A stretch of 5,958 nt of DNA from a virus, in the IMG/VR virus record IMGVR_UViG_3300020030_000126, positions 1 through 5,958 of that record; one strand, written 5' to 3'. Below the pieces are notes generated by a model. It did no database searches. It saw nothing but the letters and a program-made list of their open reading frames with translations, and had not been told where the DNA came from. The position numbers and the translations under genes were made by a program. This document shows positions 3,711-5,958 of this stretch, piece after piece. Position 1 is the stretch's first letter; each line of letters starts with the position of its first letter.

Positions 3711-5511
3711 ACAACCTTACATTTCTCACACCGTGAACGGATATTCGCGGTATGATGTGCCTGAATCTAAGGCATTTACGTGTACGCCCGGTATCCTATA
3801 TCCGGTCCGAATCGATTTTATTAACGCTCGTGATCGTGTAAAGATTGCGCAAGGTATCGATGTGCGTAGTAACCCACTTTCGGTACCCACGTTCAATCCG
3901 TATACGGTTCGTCTTCATCGCTTCTGGGTGCCCCTTCAGCTTTACCATCCGGAGATGCGTGTTAACTCTTCTGAGTTCGATATGAACAATCTGAGTCTTA
4001 ACTTTTTACGCACTTATGTGAATCATGGAAAAGGTGGTTTCAACGACGGCAAGGCCTTTTCTAATTCATTGACGGCATGGCTCCGGATCTCGCAGCGTAA
4101 TTCTTTGACGAATCCGGGTTCTGCGCCATCCAAGCTTCTCGATAGTGATCTTGCTGGTACGGCATGGGTGACGGCTGACAGCTATCTTGCCTATTGGGAT
4201 ATAGTGCGTAACTACTATTCGTTCAGTCAGTATCCGCTCTATTCGTACGCATGGCCCATGTCGTGGAAAGTCAACTATCCGTCGACTGGTACGACCTACG
4301 ATATGACTCCCGCCTCATCTCCTCGATACTTTACGCAGTGCTACGGAGATCTCTCCTATCTCGATTACTATTATGAGTCCCAATTCTATCCCGGCTCCGG
4401 CGGCTCGGATAATGGTACCTATAATAGAATGGGTCTTCTGTATCAGATCATCAATTCTGATACAGCCGGCAAGAACAATCCTGCCAATACCGTTATTGTC
4501 TATCTGGTGGCTTCGACATCTTTTACGGTTTCCGGTGCAACAGGCAAAGCGCCTTCGGGTCAGACGACTACGTCAACTGTCGATGGCGCCGTGTCCATGG
4601 TCGATCTTTTCAACGTGGCTCATCCGATGGCTGTAGTTCCGTCTTCTCCCGATCGTCTGTCCCGTATGCTGCCGCCTACCGTTTCAGGCGATGCGGTATC
4701 CGTCGGTCCGGCCTTCACCGTACCCCAGCTCGCTATTGCTAGTAGGCTGCAGGAATACAAAGATCTCCTCGGTGCTGGCGGCTCGCGTTATTCGGACTGG
4801 CTGGAAACGTTCTTCGCTTCCCGCATCGATCATGTCGATCGGCCGAAACTCCTCTTCTCGGCTTCGCAGACCGTCAACGCTCAAATTGTCATGTCGACTG
4901 TCGCAGGTGGAGGACCTTCGGCTGGTATCTCGTCGTTTCTTGGGCAGCAAGGTGGATCTATTGCTTTTAACACGCAACTTGGTCGTGAGCAGTCCTATTT
5001 CTTCCGTGAGCCCGGCTATCTTATCGATATGCTGAGTATTCGTCCGGTTTACTACTGGCAGAATGTTAAGCCGGATTACCTCAGGTATCAGGGTGCCGAC
5101 TACTTCAATCCGTTATACAATGATATTGGTTATCAGGATGTTCCGATTTCTCGGTTTTCGAATCTACCCGGCACGGCAACTACCACCAGTGCTGATATTT
5201 CGATCTATCGCGAACCGTGTTTCAATGAGTTCCGTGCTTCATACGATGAGGCCCTCGGCGATTTCGGCTCGCTCTCGGGCTACCCGGCGATCCTCGGCAA
5301 ATGGGTGCAGTCTCGGTCGATCATCAGTATTCCCGATTCTAGCTTCGATCGTCCGTTTGAGTCGATCCCGACGCTTTTCGTAGATCTCTTGACTGTCAAC
5401 TCGCCGTTCCAGTCTGCTACTCAGGATAATTTCTTCGTAAACCTCTCGTACTCAGTTCAAAAGAAGAATCTTGTCAATAAGTCGTTCGCAACTCGACTTG
5501 TAAATCGTTAA
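3703..5511 (+). CDS. VP1: Major capsid protein VP1 (phiX174 F family)
   Basis: The product is 602 aa. The N-terminal pattern PGILYPVRIDFINARDRV...VRSNPLSVP...VRLHRFWVPLQLY parallels phiX174 F (G.L...PVIAGDSF...LRLSPL...FTFYVPHRHVY), recalled by eye. Central RLQEYKDLLGAGGSRYSDWLETFF...DRPKLL and distal FREPGYLIDMLSIRP...DYFNP...IGYQDV blocks match the conserved microvirus capsid core. The stop codon is TAA. Confidence 0.95.
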   Translation: MAKQPYISHTVNGYSRYDVPESKAFTCTPGILYPVRIDFINARDRVKIAQGIDVRSNPLSVPTFNPYTVRLHRFWVPLQLYHPEMRVNSSEFDMNNLSLNFLRTYVNHGKGGFNDGKAFSNSLTAWLRISQRNSLTNPGSAPSKLLDSDLAGTAWVTADSYLAYWDIVRNYYSFSQYPLYSYAWPMSWKVNYPSTGTTYDMTPASSPRYFTQCYGDLSYLDYYYESQFYPGSGGSDNGTYNRMGLLYQIINSDTAGKNNPANTVIVYLVASTSFTVSGATGKAPSGQTTTSTVDGAVSMVDLFNVAHPMAVVPSSPDRLSRMLPPTVSGDAVSVGPAFTVPQLAIASRLQEYKDLLGAGGSRYSDWLETFFASRIDHVDRPKLLFSASQTVNAQIVMSTVAGGGPSAGISSFLGQQGGSIAFNTQLGREQSYFFREPGYLIDMLSIRPVYYWQNVKPDYLRYQGADYFNPLYNDIGYQDVPISRFSNLPGTATTTSADISIYREPCFNEFRASYDEALGDFGSLSGYPAILGKWVQSRSIISIPDSSFDRPFESIPTLFVDLLTVNSPFQSATQDNFFVNLSYSVQKKNLVNKSFATRLVNR

Positions 5512-5515
5512 AACT

Positions 5516-5839
5516 ATGGCACTCAAGAATTTTTCAGAACCCTTGCAGACATACATGTCTCGCGGTCAACGTATTATGTCTGTTCTTAACGGTGAGGGCG
5601 TTGTAGACGTCATCCCCGGATCTCCCGATGTCAAATTTGACAGCCAGTCACGGTCCGCAATGGACAGGTTCGATCCGGATATCGACTTCGATCCGAACGC
5701 TTATTCACGTATGGACAAGTTCGACGGTCTCGAAGTTGGTCAAGAGTTGGTCGATTCGGCCCTCGATTCTCGTCCGGCCGACAAGCCGTCTTCGCAGAAG
5801 ACTGGCACCTCTGCCGAAGGCTCCATCGACCAGCCGTAG
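5516..5839 (+). CDS. Hypothetical acidic protein, 107 aa, with four x-F-D-x repeats (possible scaffolding-type protein; speculative)
   Basis: The ATG lies 4 nt after the VP1 stop, on the + strand. The product is Asp/Glu/Ser-rich and carries the motifs VKFDS, DRFDP, IDFDP and DKFDG. It ends at TAG 5837-5839, at the circle junction. Confidence 0.7.
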   Translation: MALKNFSEPLQTYMSRGQRIMSVLNGEGVVDVIPGSPDVKFDSQSRSAMDRFDPDIDFDPNAYSRMDKFDGLEVGQELVDSALDSRPADKPSSQKTGTSAEGSIDQP

Positions 5840-5958
5840 CACAGTGGAGGCTGGTATAGGCCGGCCGTGAGGCTGATAGGCCGTACAAAAACCGCTGTAA
5901 AAAGGAGGATTGGGCTTGCCCTTTCCTCCCCCTATTTCTCTCCGCAGCCGAAGGCTTG
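5838..5958. repeat. Terminal direct repeat, copy 2 of 2 (identical to 1-121)
   Basis: Exact 121/121 identity to the window start. The copy begins at the second base of the TAG stop (5837-5839) of the 107-aa ORF. Confidence 0.95.

Noticed and set aside
5837-5839. Genome-wide amber (TAG) reassignment, i.e. a code-15-like recoded phage
   Set aside because: VP1, VP2, VP4 and ORF112 are uninterrupted under the standard code, contain no in-frame TAG, and end in TAA. Reading through the other TAG (614-616) would add only 6 codons before a TGA. Only a local readthrough hypothesis at 5837-5839 is retained.
1-5958. Scan for tRNA/rRNA genes, CRISPR arrays, a diversity-generating retroelement, toxin-antitoxin pairs, or integrase/lysogeny modules
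   Set aside because: There are no spaced repeat arrays, no cloverleaf-like or rRNA-like segments, and no reverse-transcriptase, recombinase or toxin motifs in any frame. The 5.8-kb circle is fully accounted for by the microvirus gene set plus two structured spacers.

Overview
This window is one complete circular genome of a small ssDNA phage of the family Microviridae, not a piece of a cellular chromosome. Bases 1-121 recur exactly at 5838-5958 (contig self-overlap), so the circle is 5,837 nt. All credible genes are on the + strand and tightly packed. In order they are: a small membrane/lipoprotein-like ORF (365-616); DNA pilot protein VP2 (619-1878); an acidic hypothetical ORF (1970-2308); a small ORF translationally coupled to the next gene (2431-2652); rolling-circle replication initiator VP4 (2652-3710, with HUH and YxxKY motifs); major capsid protein VP1 (3703-5511, 602 aa); and an acidic FD-repeat ORF (5516-5839). 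I saw no rRNA, tRNA, CRISPR, integrase or transposase signal. Five items deserve a second look. (1) Across the circle junction, a single in-frame TAG separates the acidic 107-aa ORF from an 82-codon Arg-rich open frame, raising the possibility of readthrough or a fused acidic-basic protein. (2) The same ~360-nt intergenic region is packed with direct repeats and stable ssDNA hairpins, including C-GAA-G triloops and iteron-like repeats, and is a candidate origin/control region. (3) A free-standing lipobox-bearing small membrane ORF sits just upstream of VP2 and is a candidate lysis or exclusion factor. (4) A +1-frame multi-TM ORF is overprinted inside the Rep gene, geometrically like phiX174 E-in-D, but it is probably compositional. 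(5) No gene start has a Shine-Dalgarno sequence, which hints at a Bacteroidota-type host. Protein assignments rest on motifs recognised by eye. No database search or alignment was run.
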